A stretch of 64,000 nt of DNA from an uncultured Chloroflexia bacterium (GTDB taxonomy: Bacteria > Chloroflexota > Anaerolineae > JAAYZQ01). Below are positions 51,249 through 60,843 of the stretch, one piece after another. The position numbers and the translations under genes are program-made. Position 1 is the stretch's first letter; each line of letters starts with the position of its first letter. The notes beneath the pieces are model-generated. The model made no database searches. It had not been told where the DNA came from and worked only from the letters and a program-made list of their open reading frames with translations. Where the stretch lies: positions 576,001 through 640,000 of the forward strand of contig CAVOXA010000001.1 of the NCBI GenBank assembly GCA_963700285.1. The letters run 5' to 3'.

Positions 51249-52658
51249 GTGGGGTCAACACAAAAGTCTAGCCAGGCATCAGGCTGCTCGCTGGAAACTG
51301 CCCAGAAGTTGTGGCGGGCTGCCTTGGGCGAACTCCAGCTACAGATGACACGTGCGACCTTTGACACTTGGTTGCGAGGCAGCCGTGTGATCTCTTGCGA
51401 GGGCGATATCTTTACTGTGTACGTGCGTCACGCCTATGCTGTAGCCTGGCTTCAGAATCGCCTGCTACCTCTCATCAGACGAACGCTGCGACGGCACGCC
51501 GGCCCAGACGTGGAAGTGGTCTTTACAGACCGCGCTCCGGATTCGGAGGAGAACCTGGTTCTGGTACCTGAGACGCTACCTGAGGAAGAGGTTCCTGCCC
51601 AGGCCAGAAATCCGGTTCGGACCAATGGACGGCCTTCGGGCGTTCTGAATCCCGCCTATACCTTTGATACTTTTGTCGTCGGAACGAGCAATCGACTGGC
51701 GCATGCAGCCAGCATGGCTGTAGCTGAAAACCCTGCTCACGCCTACAATCCGCTGTTCATCTATGGTGGGGTAGGCCTGGGAAAGACACACCTGCTCCAT
51801 GCTCTGGGGCACGCTGCCCAGCAACGAGGCCTCCAGGTCCTCTACGTTTCTTCCGAGTGGTTCACCAATGACTTGATCAATGCAATCCGCTCACAAAAGA
51901 CTGGTACGTTTCGGGAAAAGTACCGCAACGGTGACGTGCTGTTGGTGGATGATATTCAGTTCATTGTTGGCAAGGAGGCGACGCAAGAAGAGTTCTTCCA
52001 CACTTTCAACACGCTCCATGGCGCCGGTAAGCAGGTTGTGGTCTCCTGTGACAGGCCGCCCAAGGCACTGGTTGCCCTGGAGGATCGTCTCCGCTCGCGC
52101 TTCAGTTGGGGCCTGATTGCTGATGTGCAGCCGCCTGATCTCGAGACTCGGATCGCCATCCTTAGGGACAAGGCGGAGAGCCATTCGGTACGGATGCCTG
52201 AAGAGGTTCTGGCTTACATTGCCCGCAAGATCCCTAGTAACGTCCGCGAACTGGAGGGTGCGCTGACTCGCGTTCGGGCCCATGCCCAACTTATGCGCGC
52301 GCCTATAACCCTTGATACAGCCCGCACCGTCCTGGACGGCATCCTGGCCTACTCGGCAGACCTGTCGCCAGATCTGATTCTCTCCGCCGTGGCCCGGTAC
52401 TACAAGCTCTCGGAGGAGCAACTTGTGGGCCGCAGCCGGGCTCGGCTTGTGTCGGTCCCGAGACAGCTTGCAATGTATCTCATCCGCGAGGAAACCGACT
52501 CTTCACTGCCCCAAATTGGGCAGCTTTTAGGCGGGCGAGACCATTCCACCATCATGCATGGTTGTTCAAAGATCAGTACCCAGATCGAGATGGATGAGGG
52601 TCTGCGCCGTGACTGGCTGGCCATCAAGGAGGGGTTGATTAGCGGGCGTCCCCACTAG
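51249..52658 (+). CDS. dnaA: Chromosomal replication initiator DnaA
   Basis: YNPLFIYGGVGLGKTHL, DDIQF, QEEFFHTFN, NVRELEGAL and GGRDHST motifs. GTG start chosen after GAGGGA. Confidence 0.93.
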   Translation: MGSTQKSSQASGCSLETAQKLWRAALGELQLQMTRATFDTWLRGSRVISCEGDIFTVYVRHAYAVAWLQNRLLPLIRRTLRRHAGPDVEVVFTDRAPDSEENLVLVPETLPEEEVPAQARNPVRTNGRPSGVLNPAYTFDTFVVGTSNRLAHAASMAVAENPAHAYNPLFIYGGVGLGKTHLLHALGHAAQQRGLQVLYVSSEWFTNDLINAIRSQKTGTFREKYRNGDVLLVDDIQFIVGKEATQEEFFHTFNTLHGAGKQVVVSCDRPPKALVALEDRLRSRFSWGLIADVQPPDLETRIAILRDKAESHSVRMPEEVLAYIARKIPSNVRELEGALTRVRAHAQLMRAPITLDTARTVLDGILAYSADLSPDLILSAVARYYKLSEEQLVGRSRARLVSVPRQLAMYLIREETDSSLPQIGQLLGGRDHSTIMHGCSKISTQIEMDEGLRRDWLAIKEGLISGRPH

Positions 52659-52710
52659 TCCTCCGCCGGATAGGTCGGAGGCAACGCGGGCCGCAACTTG
52701 CACAGAATGA

Positions 52711-52742
52711 GAAAGACCCTGCCGATTTCGGCAGGGTCTTTT
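52711..52742. terminator. Bidirectional terminator between dnaA and valS
   Basis: AAAAGACCCTGCCG-ATTT-CGGCAGGGTCTTTT. Confidence 0.88.
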
Positions 52743-52748
52743 CGTCAA

Positions 52749-55505
52749 CTACTCCTCTAGGGCCAGCAGTCGAGCCTCCAGCCGCGCCCGGCGCTCCTGC
52801 TTCTCAGCCAGAACGTCCTGTTGCTGCTGGATCACGTGCGGCGGCGCTTTGGAAGTGAATCCCTCGTTTGACAGTTTGGCTTGGGCGCGCTGGATCTCCT
52901 GGTCCGTCTCGGCCAGGGCCTTGCGCAAGCGGGTGGTCTCCTGCTCCAGATTAACCAGACCGGCCAGCGGCAGATAGGCCTCCACGCCCTGGGGTGCCAC
53001 CAGCGTCACTGCTTTCTGCGGCTTCTCTTCTAGTGCCCCGGTCAAGGTCAGATGGTTGTCGTCCACCTTGGCCAAGAAAGCCAGCAGTTCCCGCTGGTCC
53101 TCCAACATCCCCAGCTTCTCCCCGGCAGCAATGATTGCCGGCACACGCTTGCCGGGAGTCACGTTGAACTCGGCTCGAGCATTGCGTATCTGCCGGATCA
53201 GATCCATAAGTAGCTCCATGTCACTTTCGGCCTCGACATCAATCTGGACCACGGACTCGGGCCAGCGACAGATCATCAAGGCATCCTCCCAGGTGGAGTC
53301 GCCAGAAGGCCAGGCGGCCCTCAGATGCTGCCAGATCTCCTCTGTGACAAAGGGCATGTACGGATGCAACAAGCGCAGCGCCTGGTCCAAGACCATCACA
53401 AGCGTAGCCTGAGCTGTGGCCCGCGCCGCCAGATCCTGCCCGTAAAGCCGGATCTTGCAGGCCTCGATGTACCAGTCACAGAACTCGCTCCATAGAAAGT
53501 CGTTAATCCGCCTTCCTGCTTCGCCATACTGAAATGAATCAAAAAGTTCCGTCACATCGTTGATGAGGCGGTTCAAGCGGCTGACTATCCAGCGGTCGGC
53601 CAGCGACAGCTCGGTGTAGGGTCCGCCTGAGGTGAACTCCTCCAAGTTGGTGACCACAAACCGAGCAGCGTTCCAGATCTTGTTCGCAAAGTTGCGCGCG
53701 CCCTCCAGCCTGCGCGGATCTAGGTTCATGTCACTGCCAGGCGCCGAGCTGGTTAGCAGCGTGTAGCGCAGCGCGTCGGCACCGATCCGATCGATGATGA
53801 CCAGCGGATCGTACTCGTCAATGTTCTCCATCGACTTGCTGATCTTGCGGCCGTGTTCATTTCTGACGAGGCCATGGAGATAAACCGTCTCGTATGGGCT
53901 CTTGCCTGTCATCTCGACACCAAGCATCATCTCGCGGGCAACCCAGAAGAAGAGGATGTCGTACCCAGTCTCGCGCATGTCGTTTGGGTAGAAGCGGCGC
54001 ATGTCTGCAGTATCCTCGGGCCAGCCCAGCGTACTAAAGGGCCACAAACCGGAGCTAAACCAGGTGTCCAGCACGTCGGGATCGCGGCGGATGTTTTCAC
54101 TGCCGCACTGAGCGCATTCGTCGGGATCGGCCATCTCGGTGAACTCGTCCCCACAATCGTCGCAGTACCACACCGGAATCTGGTGTCCCCACCAGAGTTG
54201 GCGGCTGATGCACCATGGCCGGATGTTCTCCATCCAATGAAAAAAACGGCGCTCCTCTCGCTCGGGGATGATGGTCGTCTCGCCCCGGCGCACGGCTTTC
54301 ACTGCCGCCTCAGCCAGTGGTTTCACGTTCAGAAACCACTGTGTGCTGATGCGCGGTTCGATGACTGTGTCGCATCGCTGGCAGTGGGCCACGGCGTGGT
54401 GATAGGGCTCGATTTTGAGCAGCAGTCCTTCTGCCTCAAAGTCACGCACGATAGCTTCGCGGGCCTGGTAGCGGTCCATCCCTTCGTAGGGTCCAGCCAG
54501 CTCGTTCATCACGGCCGTGTTATCAAGTACCGTGGGTGCATCTAGATTGTGGCGAAGTCCCATCTCATAGTCATTGGGATCGTGGGCGGGTGTGACCTTG
54601 ACTGCCCCGGTGCCGAATTCGGGATCGACCAACTCGTCGGTGATGATGGGGATGTGCCGGTTGATGGCTGGTAGGACTGCCATCCTACCCACCAGCCCTC
54701 CGAATCGCTCGTGGGCCTCGTGGGTGGCCACAGCCGTGTCGCCCAGGATCGTCTCTGGGCGAGTGGTGGCCATTTCGATGAATTCGGACGCCCCCTCGGC
54801 CCAGCGCCCGCTACCCCAGGCATGCCGGGGTCCTTCCCACTCGTCGTCGAGCAGGGGATAGCGGATGGTCCATAGTTGGGTGTCGTGTTCTTCAGCGATC
54901 GCCTCCAGGTCAGAGATGGCGGTCTCGCAGCGCGGGCACCAGTTCACCAGGTAAGCTCCCCGGGTGATCAATCCCTTCTTGTACAGCCGGACAAATGCGG
55001 TTCGCACAGCGTGGCTTAACCCATTGTCCATGGTGAAACGGTCTCGATCCCAGTCACAGCTGATGCCCAGGCGCTTGTGCTGTTCGGTGATGCGAGCGAG
55101 GTAGACCTCCTTCCACTCCCATACCTTTTCCACAAACTTGTCGCGGCCCAGGTCAAAACGGGTGAGGCCTTCTTTGCGCAGCTCCCGCTCGACCACATTC
55201 TGGGTAGCAATGCCGGCATGGTCGGAACCGGGCAAGAACAGTGTCTCGCGTCCCTTCATCCGGTAGTAGCGGGTCATCAGATCCTCGACTGCGGCCGTCA
55301 TGGCATGTCCCAGGTGCAAGGCACCCGTCACGTTGGGCGGGGGCATGGTGATACACCACGCCGGCCCATCCGAGTCCGCTAGTCCGTTCTCTACCGACGT
55401 CTCCGGCTTAAAGTAACCCTGTGACTCCCACCACGCATACAGGCGTTTCTCCGTCGTATGGGGGTCGTACATTTTGGCCATCTCTCGCTTCTGCTTGTCA
55501 CTCAT
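52749..55505 (-). CDS. valS: Valine--tRNA ligase
   Basis: PPPNVTGALHLGH, WCISRQLWWGH, DVLDTWFSS and KISKS motifs, with a C-terminal coiled coil. Confidence 0.96.
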   Translation of the reverse strand: MSDKQKREMAKMYDPHTTEKRLYAWWESQGYFKPETSVENGLADSDGPAWCITMPPPNVTGALHLGHAMTAAVEDLMTRYYRMKGRETLFLPGSDHAGIATQNVVERELRKEGLTRFDLGRDKFVEKVWEWKEVYLARITEQHKRLGISCDWDRDRFTMDNGLSHAVRTAFVRLYKKGLITRGAYLVNWCPRCETAISDLEAIAEEHDTQLWTIRYPLLDDEWEGPRHAWGSGRWAEGASEFIEMATTRPETILGDTAVATHEAHERFGGLVGRMAVLPAINRHIPIITDELVDPEFGTGAVKVTPAHDPNDYEMGLRHNLDAPTVLDNTAVMNELAGPYEGMDRYQAREAIVRDFEAEGLLLKIEPYHHAVAHCQRCDTVIEPRISTQWFLNVKPLAEAAVKAVRRGETTIIPEREERRFFHWMENIRPWCISRQLWWGHQIPVWYCDDCGDEFTEMADPDECAQCGSENIRRDPDVLDTWFSSGLWPFSTLGWPEDTADMRRFYPNDMRETGYDILFFWVAREMMLGVEMTGKSPYETVYLHGLVRNEHGRKISKSMENIDEYDPLVIIDRIGADALRYTLLTSSAPGSDMNLDPRRLEGARNFANKIWNAARFVVTNLEEFTSGGPYTELSLADRWIVSRLNRLINDVTELFDSFQYGEAGRRINDFLWSEFCDWYIEACKIRLYGQDLAARATAQATLVMVLDQALRLLHPYMPFVTEEIWQHLRAAWPSGDSTWEDALMICRWPESVVQIDVEAESDMELLMDLIRQIRNARAEFNVTPGKRVPAIIAAGEKLGMLEDQRELLAFLAKVDDNHLTLTGALEEKPQKAVTLVAPQGVEAYLPLAGLVNLEQETTRLRKALAETDQEIQRAQAKLSNEGFTSKAPPHVIQQQQDVLAEKQERRARLEARLLALEE

Positions 55506-55544
55506 TTTCGGCCGCATCTCCTCGCATTGTTGGCTGTCTTCACA

Positions 55545-55930
55545 CAAAAACCCCTTTCATCCACAAGGACGAAAGGGGCATCTCCCGCGTTACCACCCTG
55601 TTTGGCAGAAAGCTGCTAGTATCCAGCTATCAGCACGCCTTGAAGCCCATCGCCTCTTTGAGCAAACAAGAACTGATAGCCGGGTGCCGTACGCTCTTCA
55701 CCCACTCTGTCGCGATAACGGGCGAACCCGGACTGGCCTACAGCTGCTCTGGAAAGCTTACAATCAGCAGTTCTCGGTCAGCCAACTCCCAGGCGACCTT
55801 CAGCGGATGGCTGCTGTGGGGGGCTTGCAGCCGCTGACCCCCCTCTCTGCCGGACGGCATTCCGATGCTCGCAGGCACCCCGTACCTGTTCTCCAGGGCC
55901 CGTCCGCCTACTCCTCCTGTTCACTGTCAG
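55545..55930 (-). ncRNA. T-box riboswitch leader (Val)
   Basis: Stem I AGGAGGAGTA...AGAGA...GGCTGCAA. Specifier GAAG-GTC (Val codon, 55795-55797). T-box ACAGGGTGGTAACGCG. Terminator CCCCTTTC/GAAAGGGG plus T-run. Confidence 0.9.
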
Positions 55931-55976
55931 TGCATTATGACGGGCGGGCACGCATGGCCCGCCGAATGGTGCGATT

Positions 55977-56039
55977 ATTATACCCGACTTTCACATGCCT
56001 GTCAAGTAGTTTGACAGATGCCTGGCGTTGGAGTATAAT
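55977..56039. promoter_or_regulatory. Back-to-back perfect consensus sigma70 promoters (valS leftward, secD rightward)
   Basis: TTGACA-N17-TATAAT on the minus strand (56005 to 55977) and on the plus strand (56011-56039). Confidence 0.85.
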
Positions 56040-56113
56040 CACTTCGTTTGCGTACCGCAGGTCTCGCATCCGGGAAAGGCATCACCAATGTTGGGAGGAA
56101 TAGCGAACGGGAT

Positions 56114-57730
56114 ATGAAAAAGAGAAATACTATCCTGCTGATCATCATACTCATCCTGGGCCTCATTGTGCTGTACATCGATCTGTCGAATCGCAGTCTG
56201 ATCTTTGAGTTGGGCCCGATCTCGGTGGATCAGGATTTCACGATCAAGCAGGGACTGGACCTGCAGGGCGGGTTGCAGGTCCTCCTGGAGGCGGACCTGC
56301 CTCCTGGCACAGATCCCGAACCCGGTTCGCTGGATGTCTCAGCTCAGATTATCGGGAACCGGGTCAATGCGTTGGGTGTTGTCGAGCCTTTGGTGCAGAC
56401 TCAGGGCAGCCGTCGAATCATCATCGAGTTGCCGGGTGTCAAAGATCCAGAGCAGGCCGTCGCTACTATCAAGGAGACCGGCTTGCTGGAGTTCATCGAC
56501 GCGGGCGACTTTTTCGTCCCACCTGGTACTGCAGTCCAGACCACCTATCCGCTTTTGGAATCAGAGGGGGCCAGGACTGAGTTTGTGGAGGCCGGGTTGG
56601 AGGGCGTGGTTCCTCCTGACAGCCCGATCACAGGGACGCAGCAGATCACGCCTTCCCAGGAGACCAAGCAGCCATCAACGGAAGTGGATGCGCCTGCGGG
56701 ACCGGCGATTACGGACCGGGTTTTTGCTACTGTCCTCACGGGCGCCCATCTCAAAGCCGCCGCGGTACAACGCGATGAGCAGACAGGCCAGTTCCTGATC
56801 GCCTTTGAACTCAGCGATGAGGGTGGGCGTATCTTTGATGACTATACCGGGCGCAATATCAACAAGATCCTATCCATTGTCCTGGACAAGGAGATCATTT
56901 CCAGCCCTGTGATCCAGTCCCGGATCCCCGACGGCCGGGGCGTCATTCAGGGGGACTTTACTCCAGAGGAGGCGCAGAACTTGGTGGTCCAGCTCAGGTA
57001 TGGCGCCCTCCCTGTGCCGCTGCGCGTGGAGGCCACCCGCGCCATTGGCCCCACCCTGGGGCAGGACTCTGTGCGAAAGAGCCTTCAGGCTGGGGCAGTA
57101 GGCCTCTCCATCGTCCTGCTATTCATGTTGATCTATTACCGCTTGCCTGGGTTCTTGGCTGACTTGGCTCTGATCCTGTATGGTCTGCTCAACTTGGCGG
57201 TCTACAAGGTTGGCTGGCCGGTCCTGCTGCTCATCAGTCTTGTCCTGTTCATTAGTTATATTCTCGACCGTAAGGATGTCTGGCCATTAGCCCTTGGTGG
57301 CATCTTGCTGTTGGCAACCCTTGGCCTCGCTGCTGCTGGCTTCACGGGGGTGACGCTGACCCTGCCCGCAGTTACTGGCTTTATCCTGTCCACCGGCATG
57401 GCGGTTGACGCCAACATTCTCGTCTTTGAGCGGATGAAGGAGGAGCTGCGTGCCGGACGCAGCCTGAACTCGGCAATAGAAGCTGGGTTCAGCCGCGCCT
57501 GGACATCCATCCGCGACTCTAATATCTCGACCCTGATAACCTGCGTCATCCTCTTTTATTTTGGTTCAACTTTCGGTGCAGGAGCAGTGAGGGGTTTTGC
57601 AGTCACCCTGGCACTGGGTGTGGTCATCAATCTGTTTACCGCTATCATTGTCACCCGGACTCTGATGCGTTTTGTCTTTGACACATGGGGCGAGAAACTG
57701 CAGGACGCCAAATCCTTGATGGGCACGTGA
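56114..57730 (+). CDS. secD: Protein translocase subunit SecD
   Basis: GLDLQGG, IIELPG, YGALPVPL, GPTLG, GMAVDANILVFER and DSN motifs. Confidence 0.95.
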   Translation: MKKRNTILLIIILILGLIVLYIDLSNRSLIFELGPISVDQDFTIKQGLDLQGGLQVLLEADLPPGTDPEPGSLDVSAQIIGNRVNALGVVEPLVQTQGSRRIIIELPGVKDPEQAVATIKETGLLEFIDAGDFFVPPGTAVQTTYPLLESEGARTEFVEAGLEGVVPPDSPITGTQQITPSQETKQPSTEVDAPAGPAITDRVFATVLTGAHLKAAAVQRDEQTGQFLIAFELSDEGGRIFDDYTGRNINKILSIVLDKEIISSPVIQSRIPDGRGVIQGDFTPEEAQNLVVQLRYGALPVPLRVEATRAIGPTLGQDSVRKSLQAGAVGLSIVLLFMLIYYRLPGFLADLALILYGLLNLAVYKVGWPVLLLISLVLFISYILDRKDVWPLALGGILLLATLGLAAAGFTGVTLTLPAVTGFILSTGMAVDANILVFERMKEELRAGRSLNSAIEAGFSRAWTSIRDSNISTLITCVILFYFGSTFGAGAVRGFAVTLALGVVINLFTAIIVTRTLMRFVFDTWGEKLQDAKSLMGT

Positions 57731-57796
57731 CCAGGCCAGGCCTTTTGACCAAGGGCCTATGGTCCGCTTTGGTACAGGCAAAGGGGAGGATTATCG

Positions 57797-58720
57797 ATGT
57801 TCAACATCGTTGAGAAACGACAGTGGTATTTCTTACTATCGGCGCTGATCATCTTGCCGGGGCTGGTGGCCATGATCTATTCGATCGTGACCTATGGTTC
57901 GCCCATCAGATTAGGCATCGACTTTACCGGGGGCGCCCTGGTAGAGCTTCGCTTCCAGCAGCCTGTGCAGCCGGCCCAGGTGCGCCAGGTCTTTGTGGAA
58001 CACGGCTTTCTGGGTATTACGGTGCAGACGACCGTGGATGAGCAGACGATCCTGATACGCACCAAGCCCACGGACACGGAGACCATGGAGCCGATTCTGG
58101 ACGAGCTGCGCGCGGGTTATGGTGAGGTGGAGCTCTTGCGTTTCGAATCGGTGGGACCGGCTGTGGGTGCCGAGGTGACCCGTGCGGCAGGCATTGCTGT
58201 GGCAGTCGCTGCTCTATTTATCCTGGGCTATATTGTCTTTGCTTTCCGCAATGTGCCCAACGCTTTCCGCTATGGTGCCTGCGCCATTGCGGCCATGCTC
58301 CACGACATTCTGGTTACGGTGGGGCTCTTTTCCATCGCCGGACTGGTGCTGGGTTGGGAAGCGGATGCTCTCTTTCTGACTGCGCTCCTGACCGTGATTG
58401 GCTTCAGTGTTCAGGATACCATTGTTGTGTTCGACCGCATCCGTGAGAACATTACCAGGCGCCGGGGCGAGTCGTTTGAAACTATTGCCAACCGCAGTCT
58501 CCTGGAGACCTTGCACCGCTCCCTGGCCACCCAGCTAAATGCGATTTTCGTGCTGGTTGCTCTCTTGCTTCTGGGCGGGGCCACGACCCAGCAGTTTGTG
58601 GCCATCCTGTTGGTTGGCCTGATCTCGGGCACCTACTCTTCCATCTTTACGGCGGTACCCTTGCTCGTCACTTGGGAGACTGGGGAGGTACGTGGCCATC
58701 CTGTCGAGGCTACTGCCTGA
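57797..58720 (+). CDS. secF: Protein translocase subunit SecF
   Basis: GIDFTGG, VGPAVG, HD, DTIVVFDRIREN and GTYSSIF motifs. Confidence 0.95.
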   Translation: MFNIVEKRQWYFLLSALIILPGLVAMIYSIVTYGSPIRLGIDFTGGALVELRFQQPVQPAQVRQVFVEHGFLGITVQTTVDEQTILIRTKPTDTETMEPILDELRAGYGEVELLRFESVGPAVGAEVTRAAGIAVAVAALFILGYIVFAFRNVPNAFRYGACAIAAMLHDILVTVGLFSIAGLVLGWEADALFLTALLTVIGFSVQDTIVVFDRIRENITRRRGESFETIANRSLLETLHRSLATQLNAIFVLVALLLLGGATTQQFVAILLVGLISGTYSSIFTAVPLLVTWETGEVRGHPVEATA

Positions 58721-58726
58721 GCCAAG

Positions 58727-59491
58727 ATGACCGGAGCACCGATCTCGGATCGCCCGCTCAATTACGCGCACCGTGGCGCTAGCCACGATGCGCCAGGCAA
58801 CACGCTGGCAGCCTTTCTTCTGGCGGCTGAGCTGGGCGCCGATGGCATCGAGCTCGATGTACATCTCTCAAAAGATGGCGAAGCTGTGGTCATCCATGAC
58901 TTTTCACTGGAGGCCACGACGGATGGTCAGGGTCGTGTCCGGGATCATACCCTGGCAGATCTGCGGAAACTGGACGCCGGAAGCTGGTTCGATGTAGCCT
59001 ATGCTGGCCAGCGCATCCCCACCTTGCAGGAGGTTGTCGATACCGTCGGCCACCGCTTGCTGATCAATGTCGAACTCAAAACCAAGAACCTGCGCGACGA
59101 GGGTCTGGCTGCCGAAGTGGTGCGCATCGTCGAGGATAGCAACCTGTCGGACCGGGTCGTCATTTCCTCCTTTAACCCCATCGCGTTGCGCTGGGTGAGG
59201 AAAGCCAATCCTACGATCCCTTTGGGGCTTCTTTACGACGCTGATCAGACTCTGCTCCTGCGCCAGGCGTGGCTTCGCCACATTGTGCAGCCCGAGGCTC
59301 TGCACCCCCATCACTCACTGGTGGACAGCAAGTACGTGCGCTGGGCCAGGGCAAGGGGCTATCGGCTCCACGTCTGGACCGCAGACGACCCGGGCGTCAT
59401 GCGAGAATTGATCCAGTACGGTGTCGACATCATTATCACCAACCGGCCTGACCGGCTGGGAGAAGTCTTGAGGACAGAGCGGGGAGGGTGA
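58727..59491 (+). CDS. Glycerophosphodiester phosphodiesterase
   Basis: AHRGAS, ELDVHLSKDG...HD, NVELK and IITNRP motifs. Confidence 0.92.
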   Translation: MTGAPISDRPLNYAHRGASHDAPGNTLAAFLLAAELGADGIELDVHLSKDGEAVVIHDFSLEATTDGQGRVRDHTLADLRKLDAGSWFDVAYAGQRIPTLQEVVDTVGHRLLINVELKTKNLRDEGLAAEVVRIVEDSNLSDRVVISSFNPIALRWVRKANPTIPLGLLYDADQTLLLRQAWLRHIVQPEALHPHHSLVDSKYVRWARARGYRLHVWTADDPGVMRELIQYGVDIIITNRPDRLGEVLRTERGG

Positions 59492-59494
59492 CCG

Positions 59495-59695
59495 ATGCCC
59501 CAAGATGTGCAAGTAGACGACCTGGTACGGCTGCGCAAGCCCCATCCGTGTGGCAGCTACGAGTGGCTTGTCGTGCGCATCGGCGCTGATATCGGCCTAA
59601 AGTGCCAGGTTTGTGGCCGGCGAGTGCTTTTGGACCGCCGCAACTTTAATAAACGTGTCAAGAAAGTGATTCATCGCTTGGGTGGCGAGGGCTAA
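59495..59695 (+). CDS. DUF951 family protein
   Basis: [10 protein letters not shown]...R.GAD..LKC..CGR motif. Confidence 0.9.
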   Translation: MPQDVQVDDLVRLRKPHPCGSYEWLVVRIGADIGLKCQVCGRRVLLDRRNFNKRVKKVIHRLGGEG

Positions 59696-59759
59696 TACAT
59701 AGGAGATTTGGTGGCCCCAAGAACCACCATGTCTCTCTCCTTGATCACAGAACTCGACG

Positions 59760-60341
59760 CTACGAGACAAAGTAGGCCAGTGCCAACCGCACTCGCTCCT
59801 CCAGTGGCATCGACTCACGAGGCAGGGTGCCGATGGCACCCTGCGCCTCGGCTACGCTGTAGCCCAATCCTGTCAGCGCGGCGATGAGGTCGACGTCAGC
59901 GCCGGAGATGGCAGGGGTAGGTTCACCCCCGATTACCTCAGCTCCCATCTTGTCTTTGAGGGTAAAAACCAGTTTCTTGGCTGTCTTGGGCCCAATACCC
60001 GGCACCCGGGCCAGAAGAGCTATGTCTTCCTGGGCGATGGCTGCGCGCAGGCGGTCGGGGGGTAGTGTGGAGAGGATGGCCAATGCCACCTTCGGTCCAA
60101 TACCCGACACGCCCAACAGCGTGCGGAACAGGCCCAGTTCATCCTCTGTTCCGCAGCCGTAGAGGGTCAGCTCGTTCTCCCGGACGTGAAGATGGGTGAA
60201 CAGGGTTACGTCCTGCCCCGGCCTGCCCAGGGTGTCCAGATGATTCTTTGGAACAAAAACCTGAAAGCCTACTCCGCCGACTTGAATGACGACAGCTTCC
60301 TGGCCAACCATGGCAATGGTACCTTGGAGATTTGCGATCAT
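59760..60341 (-). CDS. ruvA: Holliday junction branch migration protein RuvA
   Basis: VGGVG, LYG, VSGIGPK, VPGIGPKTA and AL.GLGY motifs. Confidence 0.95.
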   Translation of the reverse strand: MIANLQGTIAMVGQEAVVIQVGGVGFQVFVPKNHLDTLGRPGQDVTLFTHLHVRENELTLYGCGTEDELGLFRTLLGVSGIGPKVALAILSTLPPDRLRAAIAQEDIALLARVPGIGPKTAKKLVFTLKDKMGAEVIGGEPTPAISGADVDLIAALTGLGYSVAEAQGAIGTLPRESMPLEERVRLALAYFVS

Positions 60342-60345
60342 CGAT

Positions 60346-60843
60346 CTAGGCCGCCCCAGCAAGAAGAGCCTTCATGTGCGCCGAGTGGATATGGCACACA
60401 GCCACGGCCACGGCATCGGCGGCATCGTCGGGCTGGGGTACATGGTCTAGGCCGAGCAGCATTCGCACCATCTCCTGCACCTGCCGTTTGTCCGCCCCGC
60501 CATAGCCGGCGACAGCTTGTTTGATCTCCAACGGCTTGTATTCGTGAATCGACAGTCCTGCATCGGCCAAGGCCAGCAGGGTGACCCCTCGGGCGTGGCC
60601 CACTGACAGCGCTGTACGCGCGTTGCGGCTGAAGAACAGCTCCTCGACCGCGGCTGTCTGGGGTTGGTGCTGGGTGACAACGTCCCGCAGGCCCTGATAG
60701 ATAGTCTGCAACCTCTCTGGCAGCGGCTGTCCTGCGGGCGTGGTGATGACGCCATAGTCCACCAGGGCCAACCCTGCTTGATCCTCACGCACTAGCCCAA
60801 AGCCGGTGATGGCTGTGCCGGGGTCGATCCCCAGAACCAGCAC
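60346..60843 (-). CDS. ruvC: Holliday junction resolvase RuvC
   Basis: LGIDPG, EELFF, ARGV and DDAADA motifs. Confidence 0.95.
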   Translation of the reverse strand: MLVLGIDPGTAITGFGLVREDQAGLALVDYGVITTPAGQPLPERLQTIYQGLRDVVTQHQPQTAAVEELFFSRNARTALSVGHARGVTLLALADAGLSIHEYKPLEIKQAVAGYGGADKRQVQEMVRMLLGLDHVPQPDDAADAVAVAVCHIHSAHMKALLAGAA

